This document shows, piece by piece, positions 34,671 through 46,900 of a stretch of 64,000 nucleotides of DNA (positions within the stretch are counted from its first letter, which is position 1; the number at the start of each line of letters is the position of its first letter). The stretch is taken from NCBI RefSeq assembly GCF_026571515.1, contig NW_026857357.1:248001-312000 (forward strand), given 5' to 3'. The notes under the pieces were generated by a model. That model was not told the DNA's origin. It made no database searches and saw only the letters and a program-made list of their open reading frames with translations. A program made the position numbers and the translations under genes. Origin of the DNA: Ruditapes philippinarum (taxonomy: Eukaryota).

Positions 34671-36867
34671 ATGGTTCGTATAACTTGCGAAAAGTTAACC
34701 CTTCACCTGCTGGAAACAAAAGTGCTTCGACTTTGCCATCAGTATAGAGCCAGGCGAGCCTGCACATCCCTGCAGTCTGACCGGGCTCTAACACAGATGG
34801 CTGACTAACTTCATTTTTTTATCTTGATATTCAAAATATTGATAATGAACAATTTCATAATAGAAGCTTGAAAAGTTCATTTCGAAATTCAGCAGGTCAA
34901 GTGGTAATATTAATAATAACAATTCTCTTTTGATTATATTTCAGTAATTTACAGTAATTAAAGTTGTTTTTAACTTAATTTTGTTTTAATCTTATTGCAG
35001 CTATCTTTAATATTTATTTTGGAAATATTCCTTTCGCTTACGATCGTCAGAGGTGATGATTGCGCATGCGCGACGACAAACGTTCATATCCGCGAGAGCG
35101 CTGGAACCAATTCTGCAATTTTGGCCACTCTAAGAAATCAGCACTGCGTGCAGTTTAACGGTCAAAGACAAACAGTCGATGGAACCTCGTGGGTTAACGT
35201 GATTTACAACGGAAAGGTCAGTTAACATAAAACTTTAATATTGTTTATTAAAGAAGAAAATCTAGCCAGCAGTCTTGAGGATCTGCATTGTTAATATTAA
35301 CATATAGAACGACAACGATTGCAGCCAAAGATACGACTAATAATAGTAATATAGTAACATACTCATTTTACATTCTAAAACTATTTTATTATGCTCGAAT
35401 TTACAGCATGCCAGATCTGAATGCTGATTTTTAGATTTTTAACTGCCAAAAAAGGATGCAGACTAATACATAAAACAGGATAGTACCGTTACTTGACGCT
35501 TGATAGAGCTACGTTGGCTTTGGTCCTATAAAAATCTATGTGAGGCAAAAATTAATGTTGTATCAGTTAATTCTTACTGTTCTATAGAACGGCTGGATTC
35601 ACGAAGCATACGTCACGATATCGTCTTGTATTACGCATGCGCCAACAAACTTACAACAGCTACAACTTTCGGGATGTCCGAATATTATAACAAGGGCGGA
35701 ATGGGGAGCACGTGCTCCTACTCAATATGCAGGACGGTTACCAGCCACACCAAAGTATATGTTTCTGCATCATGGCGCCTCCTCACCTTGTTTCACAAAG
35801 GACAAATGCATTGACAAAGTTCAAGGTTATCAAAACTGGCATATGGATGGTCATGGTATTTAGCAAGTATTTTAACTCATACATCTGATTGCCTGATTGT
35901 ATAACAATATAAACTCTATGTTCGGTTGTCATGTCACTTGTACATGGTACATTTTGAAGAACATGATTTCGTAAACCAGTCGTACCGACCCGAACCCGTG
36001 AATCTAGTATTATATATATATATATAAACGCTTAAAACAGAAGTAACGAATTCATAGCTCTTTGCAAAGCCATTCCAGATTGAAATTTCATTACATGTAT
36101 CCATGATTTGTATTCCCCATAAACTTGAATATAATACTTAGGAACCATTTCAATTATACAATTTTAGGCTGGAATGATATTGGATATAGCTTTGTTGTTG
36201 GTGAAGACGGCAATGTGTATGAAGGGCGTGGCTGGGATACGATTGGAGCACATACTAAACATTACAATACCGTTGGGCTAGGTTTGTAGCTTTAGGTCAT
36301 TGTTTTAGAAAAAAAAGGGAGTGGTTATAAATTGCAACACGAACGCTAGAGCAATTTTGAAAAATAAAATAAGCCGCCATTCTAAATCATTGCTTTGTTG
36401 CTTTTACAAAATGCTGTAGACGTTATAATGTTTGAGGACTTATTAAACATTTGTACCGTATAATAATAATGTTGATGATGATGATGATAATGATAATAAC
36501 AATTGAGATGATAAAAATGTGTTTTATGTTTGCAATGGTAATAACGATATAGACAAAGTCCTTGAGCTCGCTTCTTTCTTGACCTTTTTCACACCAATAC
36601 TGTTTGTTCAAATTGGGAACTAGTAATTTCGAGTATTAATTTTGATTTTATTTTACAACAGCTATTTGCGTCATTGGTGATTTCACCGACCATGTTCCAA
36701 ATCAAGCGGCTTTAGATGCGGTACAGAAACTGATTGCCTGTGGTGCTGCAAACAATAAACTTGTCGCGAACTACACTCTCCTCGGACACCGAGATGTCGG
36801 GTCTACAGCCTGTCCTGGCACAGCGTACTATAACCTGATTCAGACCTGGCCACATTATAACCTGTGA
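34671..36867 (+). CDS. PGRP: Secreted peptidoglycan recognition protein (Zn-amidase type) with N-terminal SH3b-like domain
   Basis: Exons: putative ATG at 34671-34673 (ATG|GTTCGT, inferred), 35001-35216, 35588-35855, 36168-36281, 36662-36867, all in phase. Signal peptide (M)LSLIFILEIFLSLTIVRG; SH3b-like NVHIRESAGTNSAILATL...SWVNVIYNGKNGWIHEAYV; PGRP/Amidase_2 domain CPNIITRAEWGAR..FLHHGA..GWNDIGYSFVVGEDGNVYEGRGW..GAH..GHRDVGSTACPG..TWPHY. Confidence 0.95.
34695..34907. mobile_element. piggyBac-like MITE in PGRP intron 1
   Basis: Starts TTAA-CCCTTCACCTGCTG and ends CAGCAGGTCAAGTGGTAA (degenerate TIR); internal inverted repeat AGAGCCAGGC..GCA / TGCAGTCTGACCGGGCTCT. A related fragment lies at ~44150-44200. 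Confidence 0.6.
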
Positions 36868-37748
36868 ATTGTAGGATAATTCAACAGAGCACTGTTTCAA
36901 ATTATATTTAAATCTACAATGAAATTGATAAAAAATATAGTGTAAATTATTTTCTTTAGTTGAAACTACGGTTTCAGTTAGTTTGTGTGACTGTATTTTT
37001 CTATATCTCTGCGGTCGCTCCACCTAGACGGATATCCTGAATAACTAACCAGTTGATATCTGATCAGATGATATTTTTTTTTAAACAAACAATAGAAACA
37101 TTACAAACATAGACGATTTTAACTGATGAAGAACTTGGAAAACAAAACACAATTGTTCACTACTTTAATAAAATCGTATATTTAAGCTTTTATTGATGAA
37201 TTTAGCAAGATACATTAAAGAAAGTTTGGCAATCAGAAATACTCTCTTAAATATTTGATTTTTTAACATCCTCTTGGAAAATAATTTTTTTTACAATTCT
37301 CATATATTATAACATCATGTTTGTTTGTGTAATCATGCATTGTTCTTAAATAATAAAGGTATTTTCTCTTATTTGATACATTATCATATGATATGTGTGT
37401 GTTAACGTGTATAGCTTTTAATGATACTGTTCTCTATCTAGAAAGAATTAAACTGCTCAATAAGTATTTAGTTTTGCTGCTGGTTAACATCTATCCTTCG
37501 CCTTTATCGGGAGGGAGTTTTACTTTCAGTGGGATGGTTAGACTCATTTGGTAAAATATGGTATACAATATCCTGTGAGGTTGCCAGTAGAATTTCTATT
37601 ACTGCTATGATTGAGAAAATATTTACTTATTACTCATAACAATGTACATTCTATTATATATTCTAAGTATCACATTGTACTTTGTGTTACCATGATCACG
37701 TGACGGGATAATTGTTTTATTTATCTATATGCATGACGATGTACTATG

Positions 37749-37974
37749 NNNNNNNNNNNNNNNNNNNNNNNNNNNNNNNNNNNNNNNNNNNNNNNNNNNN
37801 NNNNNNNNNNNNNNNNNNNNNNNNNNNNNNNNNNNNNNNNNNNNNNNNNNNNNNNNNNNNNNNNNNNNNNNNNNNNNNNNNNNNNNNNNNNNNNNNNNNN
37901 NNNNNNNNNNNNNNNNNNNNNNNNNNNNNNNNNNNNNNNNNNNNNNNNNNNNNNNNNNNNNNNNNNNNNNNNNN
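37749..37974. other. Assembly gap (226 N)
   Basis: Run of N characters. Confidence 1.
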
Positions 37975-37994
37975 ATGCACTAATATACAATTGT

Positions 37995-38150
37995 TCCACA
38001 AGGGACAGACTGCTTCTCCTGCTGAGTCAGCGATGATACACAAGTGACAATTAGATTCAATGTCCGAGATCAATTATCACAGAGAAATCCCGCCTAACCC
38101 GAGGAACGATTCAAATACCACTTGCTATCTCTATTGAGCTAAGGGAGGCA
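37995..38150 (-). mobile_element. Degenerate tRNA-derived SINE fragment
   Basis: Minus strand begins GCCTCCCTTAGCTCAATAG (A-box-like) and is loosely similar to 55990-56150. Confidence 0.4.
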
Positions 38151-39317
38151 AATATGTAGTAGATCTATTTACAAATCATTATTTACTATATATATAACCG
38201 ATGTTTCATAGTGCGATACTGCAAACAACTTTGAGAAAAGCACACTATGACATTTTTACGTCATTACTAGATCAAGTTCCAACTAACAGAAAAACGGATC
38301 CCGATTGCGTAGAAAGCAATCGAAAGACCGTGAAAAGTTTTGAAACCCGAATTTCGCGTGTATCAGATGCTACTGACGGTTGTGAGTGGTCCCATTTAAT
38401 GTATTTAGTAATATTATTTAGTAAATTCAAGTGATTTTGACCCGTACTCGGCTGACAAACATGCATTAGTCTATGTTTACGTACCGAATTGTTGTGCCAC
38501 TTTTTTGTCTACCTGGGAGTTTTAGCACGAATGCGCTCGTTTGCTGATAGATATTTCATGAACGGGAAGGGCTAGAGACTTGGGGTCGGTCTCATTTGGA
38601 AGCTTAATACAAACGTGAAATAGTGATAAAAGTTTTTTTTTAATTATCTGGACAATTGTTTTCACAACGTCCCGGGAAATGAATCCCTTGCTCGTAGACT
38701 CGAATCTGGAGTTTTCGGCCTTCTCTTAACTTATAATATATTTTAATGGGGACAACATCTTTTTATTTTTTTGCTTTGTGAACACCAAGGTTTTTATCAA
38801 TGTGGTCATATTGGCTTTCAATCAAAAATTTACCGACTTTCCTTTGCCAGCTATATATATATTTATAGATTATACACGATTACACCATCTAAGACAATAT
38901 GGCTGAACTTCTTTCTGTCCGTGATAATTACAAGGTTAGCTTTTAAAAAAGCTAGTAGCGACTCGCTTCGTAATTTTTTTCCAGGGGTGCGTTTAAATGT
39001 AAAAATGACCGTTCTGTTAGCTGAAGAGACTTCAGCGAACATCAAAATAAAAGTGACATAAAGTTATTGAAGCCAGTTCTCTCAGTTTAAGAAAGAGGAA
39101 TATGAGTATATATGAAGATGCATGTAAACAGATAGAATGAAGTCCCTATGTCTATGCACATTTACTGTATGGCCTGTTTACCTTGACCAAATAAATGTTA
39201 GATAGGTAGAATTCATAAAGATGTCTCTTTATACGAAGTTAAGTCGTAATATGTTATTTAGTATTGAAATGAGTGACAGACACAAGTCCTAAAGTAAACA
39301 CAAGTTGTCTATCAATT

Positions 39318-39570
39318 CAGCCAGGGACCCCGGAAATTGACCAGTCTAAGATGTTTTTCAGATAAGCCGGGATCCTATTAAAACATATAGGGATCCCGGG
39401 AATTGACCAGTTCAAGAATTTAGTTTTCAGAAAAACAGGGATCGTTTTAAAATATAAAGAGATCCCAGGAATTGGCCAGTTCAAGAATATAGTTTTCAGA
39501 AAAGCTGGGATTGCATTAAAACATACAGGGGTCCTGGGATTTGACCAATTCAAGAATGTAGTCTTTGATT
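39318..39570. repeat. ~68-bp tandem repeat, ~4 copies (GGGATCCCGGGAATTGACCAGTTCAAGAAT...), probably transposon subterminal repeats
   Basis: TTG(A/G)CCA(G/A)T recurs at ~39337, 39403, 39472 and 39541; related GATCCCGG motifs at 39780-39822. Confidence 0.65.
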
Positions 39571-40622
39571 TTTCCAATTAATTAGGCATATAATTATAAG
39601 TATTGTGATTTCCGCATTTTAAGCTTGTTAATAAATAGCTCTAAATATATTTATATCCTAAGTTTAATTAAGTTAACGTTCATAACATACAATAAAAAAA
39701 ACTTAACGTTTAATGGCCTTTCATCACGACAATAATCAACACAAATATAGTTTATTAGTTTTTCCTCTATATGTTATACGATCCCGGATCCCGGCCAATC
39801 CGGGGCGTCCCGGATCCCGGCCAGTAAATATATACACTTAATATCGGAAAGGATTAAATAACCGGAAAAAGGGAAAAAGAAAAAAATGCACAGAACCAGA
39901 TGTACACTTATGTTAATTAACCAAACGAAAACTTACTTCAGAGGAACAGGTGAAATCGCGAAATCAAAAGTCAGTGTAAATATGATTTATTGAAAATAAT
40001 TCATGAAAACAAACATTTTAATTATCATTCTAACACTCACGTGATTTTGCCTCTATAGACAAAGAAGGAAAAAAACTGGTGTTAAACTGCCAATAAACAC
40101 CGGTTAGGGACTACTTGTATATGTGCTGTTATGTTTTCACCCTCGATTGTATAGTTTACAAAGCATTTTTAAGCAATAATAAAAAGCATTTTTATTTATA
40201 TCTTCAGTTCTTATAATGTTTTCTTTTCATACAATACCGAAATAATATCTCACATACACTAACGCCACATATTAGATCCATATCAGTTAAAAAATATTTT
40301 GATAAAACGGCGCCAATCCGTAAGCAGCGTAATGACGTCATCCTAAGTAAACAACTCATTCATAAACAAGCTGACGTTATTTCATACATACAAGAATGAT
40401 AAATGGGGCACTGATGTAAACACAATACGACGTAAGTTTTTATTGTTGAAAACTTGATAAAATAACATTTTTGTCTTATTATTTCTTTTGTTTAATAATT
40501 TCTATATCTTCGCAATAGTAGGGTGCGAAAATCGAACAGCATTATACGAAAATCGGCACCGGAAGTTATTTCCGCTTGAAAAATAACATAAGTGATTTTC
40601 CTTATTTTATCGTGTTAGAATC

Positions 40623-40794
40623 GAAATAACATCGGCCTGAGAGGTGTATATCGGCTATTTAACACCGGTTTTGTCGTTTTGATGCGACAAAATTAACCAC
40701 TCAGGCCTACGGCCTTCGTGGTCAATTCCTGCGCATCAAAACTCCAAACCGGTGTTAAATAGCCGATATACACCTCTCAGGCCGATGTTATTTC
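40623..40794. repeat. Long inverted repeat (49-bp perfect arms), likely the end of a non-autonomous Crypton-like DNA element
   Basis: 40623-40671 is the exact reverse complement of 40746-40794. An inner imperfect stem closes on AGGCC-TAC-GGCCT. A degenerate third arm copy lies at ~40073-40101. The family assignment is inference. Confidence 0.8.
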
Positions 40795-43700
40795 TTAATT
40801 ATATCTTTGCGCTCAAAATAATACTGGCGTGAAAATTGAAGTTTTTTTGACGCTATGTAAGATTAAATTTGATTGGCTAAATAATTTTGGATCCTAACCC
40901 TGATAGATAAATTTTGTAGAGAGCTGGAAGCCAAGCTTCGATTAAATTTTTGGATGGATTCGGAGTTTTTGGTTGTTTCTCAGTAAAATCCTAACGTAAT
41001 ACCGGCTCGCCGGCTCGCCATGAACAATCAACGAGGTTTTTCGATTGGCGGTAATGTTTGCAGTTGATAAAAGTATATTTCTCAAGAAGGATATTGGAAT
41101 TAAGAAATTAGGTCTTGTAACTGATCTTCTATGAAATATAGAATAAGAACTGAGTAGGCCGAAGCCAACATTTATCGGGTGAATTCCGTCGATTAGCTTG
41201 TTAGAATTCCTATCGTAATTAAAATTTACACACCTTTAATTTTTTCATCAAGTTCAAATCACACCAACTAAGCATATATTTTCGCATTTATAATATTTAG
41301 TAAAAATGTTTTACAACATTGATAATCTTTCATTTGATTTTTTTTTCTATACACGCGGTTTTTAATGTTATAACCTCACATTGGCTGTTTAAGTTCTAGG
41401 AAAAAAATGTAGGAATAAATGTTGCTTAAGTCGAGTAATCATTTACTTTTAATATCCCACAGAGCCTACAATTCTTTCATCCTTTAAGTTGGAAGACTTA
41501 TGTTTGTTGAAACTGTTGATCTTCCGATCGAACGGGGGGAGGGCACTTTTTTACAACAGAAAACGAAGAAATAATTAAATGAAGCAAATATATTACACTT
41601 GAGATAAAGTGTATGATGTGGAATATTATATTTTCCATTTCGTTTATGAACTTTGTTCAATGACCATCAATATACTTTTTCTGTCGTCTGCTACTATTTA
41701 CTTTGTTTACTTCTAAACTCAAGGTTAATTTCCTATAAAGATGGCTGCGCCCATAGTACATGCACATGTGCACCCATAGTGGTGAACTATAATATCGTCA
41801 CGTATCACATGTATCAGTGAATTTAAACAAACAGTTCTTCCTTCTCATGAGAATGAAGAATCAAAGACAAAAGATGTAAGAGAACTACAGGTATCAAAAT
41901 CAATAAGTATTAAGACGTCAACAGCTCTTTCCCCCAAAACACAAACTCTCTTGAGTCGGGATCGAGATACAGTATATTCTGGTAATGAAAAACATATGAG
42001 CTAATGCTCCTCCCTATATCGGTTATGTGCTCGAAACAAAATAAGGAAGCGGCTCTTCTCGGCATTTGTTCACATTTTCTGCAAGCACAACATCGGTAAA
42101 TCATAAATTCTACAACCGTGAGCCAGGTCTATATAAACCATTAGGAAATAAATAGAAGGCAAACTTTTAATAAGGTTCAAGTAACAGCTTGATTTAAGCG
42201 CAGACGACAATATTCCCGAACGCAAAAGGTAACGTTTGTTTTTTTCTAGAAACTTTTTCGTGCAGAAAGAAATATAAAGAAAGCGGAAAAAATGAAGATA
42301 TATATGGATTGGTTTCATGTAACAGCCCGATGTAATATTATTTATAATAGAATATACCTTTATTAGATGTAAGATTGCTAAATTTCTTACACGTGCTAAG
42401 TGCTTTTTTGTCTATTCTTTCCAAGCTCAAAATCAGATGTTTGTCTTAATAGGTGCTTTTAAATTTTGTAAAATAAAACAATGGATATATGTTTCAATAT
42501 ATATCGGATTAATTTTATATATAATGATGCAACTCAGTAAGTTGATTGACTTTTTTCCTATATTTCAAATACATAATGTTATTTGAATCATTTTTCCTAT
42601 AGTACAACCAACGAAATTGTAGGTTAAGAAATCCTAGGCTGAACAAGAATGTTAAAATTTGGTATTGAAATAAAGGGAAATAATGCGTCTCTAAAAATAA
42701 AGTTGTCAACGCAATATTTACATAACATTAAACTTAAATGTCAAAATAGTATTAAATACATTGTATTTAACAAAACACAAAGAAAAAATTATTTTTGTGT
42801 AATAATGATTTATACAATTCGTTATATCAATGTCACCCGGATATTTAAATACTTGTCAAACCTCTTTCTCATACGATAACTATAACGTTGGAAAAACACC
42901 TCACTGTTATTCTCCTTTTTCTCCTTTATCCTTGAATAATACATGATTATAAAATGAAATTGTCCGTAAAACTAACTTATATATGGTTTGATCACAAATA
43001 TTTGTTAAAAAATACAACTTAATTTTGGCCCACCCTGACTTTGACCTTGATATCACAGTCGTTGTTACATGAAATCGACATAAACTTGTACATATTTCAG
43101 TTTAGATTAGCCCACTCTTGAACAATTGCTGAACTTGGCAATGGTTTGCGACATTTAACCCTGGTTCATCATGTATATTTCCTGTAACATAGTCTAATGC
43201 CTTTTATGGTATATCCATTATTTTGATGTTATTAAATAACATTGAGAAAAACTGCTGCGATTGTGCTCGGTCCTGCAGCATTCGCAGTGTAAGTCAGTAA
43301 AATACACCACTTTGAAGCACTTGGTACAAAGCAGAATCAGATTACCCTTGATAAGCACAATTTTAATCTTTATATATTTTCTGGTTCAGAAATCACATAC
43401 GCGGAATGAGCAAATCTATCCCAAGATCACATTTAACACATCTTATAAGTGTGCATAAATGATTGTCTTATATGTGCGTCGATCGTTCTGAAATTCTAAA
43501 TAAGTACAGTTGATATACATGATTTGATATTCAATTTATTAGATATCATTAGAAACACAAATATTGATAAGGATGCCCAATAAATGTGAGAGAGAATTAT
43601 GTTTTCAACCTAGCAGCGTTGTCGCATGGATGTGACAAATCTTTTTTATCATTTATAGAAGGATCTTTTCACTTTTGGACAATTTTCGCATTTCGTAGGC

Positions 43701-43990
43701 GATGGTTTTGTAACCTTGTACTAAACTTCTTGTGGGGCGGTTCATTTCACCTCGTATAGCTTCTATCACATTTCCCTATAGCTTCTATCACATTAAAAAA
43801 TTCAGAACGATCGTACCAAAATTGACGCACATTTGAAACATTTATATATGCACACTTATAAGATTTGTTAAGTGTATATAACAAATTAGTGTCTGTTATA
43901 TATTGACATTAATTATGGGTTTCAGGGCAAAAATTGTCTTATGATTTGAAAGAGAAAAAAATCAGGATATTGACGAGGACAATATTTCAG

Positions 43991-46900
43991 CATATTCGTA
44001 TAAGACTTCACTCTATGCATCAACAAGAATAACATCAAGCTCGTTTATTTCCTCTGTAACAACTGTTGGAACAACCGATCTTACTACAAGGAATGTTGAG
44101 GTATAAATCATGTATTTAAAAGATTAAATGGACTTCGTAGTACGCGTGCACTAACCTGCTGAAACCAAGTGATTTGGCTTTGCCACCAGCATAGAACATG
44201 CATATAGCTCAGTTTTTAAGTAACCATTTCCAGCAGTAGTTTATTATTTCTCTATCAACTTCGCAAATCTGGAAACATTTTTGAACAGACACAACACCAT
44301 CAAATGCTCATGCTATGATGGCTGCTAAATTTCTTAGCAAAAAATTTGACAATCTCTTTTCTTATTCATTGGCATGCTATTTGTGGACTTTATGATAACT
44401 GATGTTTACTTGAAATCTTAACATTATTATTTTATATGTATCGTATCTATTCATAAGGTATTTGGGCGTCTATTCTGATAGTTCCTTGGATAAATCTAAG
44501 TAACTATATATAGTCATCTTCTCATCATGTACGAGTAGTTAACAAAATAGCCACCTCATGAAAATAAATAAAATCTGCACTGTTAGGCTTCAGAAAATAA
44601 ATTCCTAGATTCTCATCCCCGCCCGCCCGGCAAAAATTGTTCCGCCCGAACGATTTTTATTTTCAAAAAAAGAGAAGAAAGAAAAAAAGAAGAAAAAAGA
44701 TAGTTTATATATAGAACCTAACATTTGATTACCGTGTACAAATTCCGAGGACTGAATGTACGTATATAAGTGCATGATTATTATCTGTGTGACCGAAAGT
44801 CCGTCCGTCTCGGTCCTGGCTGAATAAATATCAGATCATGCGATCTTATTGCCAATCCTCGGGTCCTAATAAAATTTCAAAGAGTTAAAGATAACCAGTT
44901 TTGACAGTCAAATCGAAATTTGTTTAAGAACTTTAAAGGTATTGAACCACAGAACAAGTCAGATAAACAGCTGTGAGCTTGTTAGTTCATAAACAACATC
45001 GGTAAATTTTGCCGTTAATAAAAAATTTGGATTTATTTTTTAATGCCTTTTTAAAATAGAGAATGAATAATCATAAAACATTTAATCTGATAAAATTAAA
45101 ATCAACAACAACTAGAATTGTAAATGGTTATGCAGGAAAAAGACATTTTTTTTATTTGTCACATATTTTCACGATGCCGATTTTTAATAGGTAAATATCT
45201 GTACTTTCTTTGCCAAATTTTCAATAGGTTATTTGTTATTATTTTGCTATGTGATAAATAAATAGGATTTTCTTTTTGTGTAGCTTCATTGGTTGATTAA
45301 TTATTTTTAACCGACGTCACTCCAGAAACAAGCAATTATCATAGTATTGCAAGCAATCCATAAGTCCCCTACCGGTTAGAACCCCATCATCATTCTGAAG
45401 GGCCATTGGCCATTCACTAATGTTTCAATTTTTCTCTATTTTAAGTAAATTTGTTGGAAAAGTTCTTTAAAAGTGATCACAGGAAACAGTTTTTATGAAC
45501 AGACAGACAGACAGACGGACTGAGGACACTCTAAAGTTAATATTTGAAACATCCCTGTTACCAACATATAACATTTTAAAAGCAAAATTCTTAAAGAGGA
45601 GATAACTCTTGAATTAAAGATGCAATTTCATAAAAAAATGTTCAGTTCTTTTTGACTAATCACAAATATTGTTATATTTGCCATGTTTTAAGCCTATTTG
45701 TTGCCAAGGCAACTGATATTTTATCAAAATAGGAAGAACAGATAAGACATGCATAATCTCAAGACTGCTATCTACCCATATGTCAAGTTTCATAAAAATA
45801 TTTCCAGTACTTTTTGAGTTATCACTGGTTTCAGTTTATGTGTAAAATTTGCCAAATTTTCAGTCTATGTGTTGCCATAGCAACCAGAATTTTTAACATA
45901 GGAAGAAAAGAAAAAGACCTGCATAATTTCAAGACTGTCATCTACCCATATGTCAAGTTTCATAAAAATATTTCCAGTACTTTTTGCGTTATCACTGGAT
46001 CCAGTTTATGTGTAAAATTTGCCATATTTTCAGCCTATTTGTTGCCATAGCAACCAGAATTTTCAACATAGGAAGAAAAGAAAAAGACGTGCATAATCTC
46101 CATACTGCCATCTATCTATATACCAAGTTTCATAAAAATATTTTCAGTACTTTTCAAGTTATCGCGGGATCCAGTTTTGTGGACGGACGGACTGACGGAC
46201 TGACAGACGGACGGACGGACAGACGGACGGAGGGTAAACCTAAAGTCCCCTCCGGTAAACCGGTAGGGGACTAAAAAGTAATATTGATCGACATGGCATA
46301 GTACATCTTTATTCAACTATTTTATAAAATAAGGATATCTTATTTTGTAAATATACATGTATGTATTGGTTATTAATTTGTCCAAACATCAATTTGTTTG
46401 ATGTCGGAATATGAAAGGTTCAATAAAACAGGTCATAACAATCAAGATATATTATCATGAAGCTTCTATTCTCAATCTGAATCTATACATACACATAGTA
46501 TAAGCACCTAACTAGCTTATAACAGAACTAATTCCATAATATTGACCTCCTCGTATGTAATTTCCAGACCGAGAATGGAAAATAGAAAATAAAATCCACC
46601 AACCCGCCCCATTTTTCTCCAAAGTTTGGATGAGAATCTAGTTATTTATTTTCTATTGCCTTAACCACAACATTACCACAACATTAAAGCTGTCTTAATG
46701 TTTATAAATGTGTTTGAGAGGAGCATTATCTTACATTCATTAGCATGTAATTGTCTGATATAATTTGTTGATTTGCCGTACAACTGTTGAGCTATCTTGT
46801 TCCTAGACATTACATCACTCACAGTTGCTTGAACATAGTTGTCCCGTTATGCTCTTAACCGCTAACAAAATTGCCTTGTATACATCGTTCATAAAACGAT

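Noticed and set aside
37712-38073. ORFs containing X runs
   Set aside because: Artefacts of the N gap.
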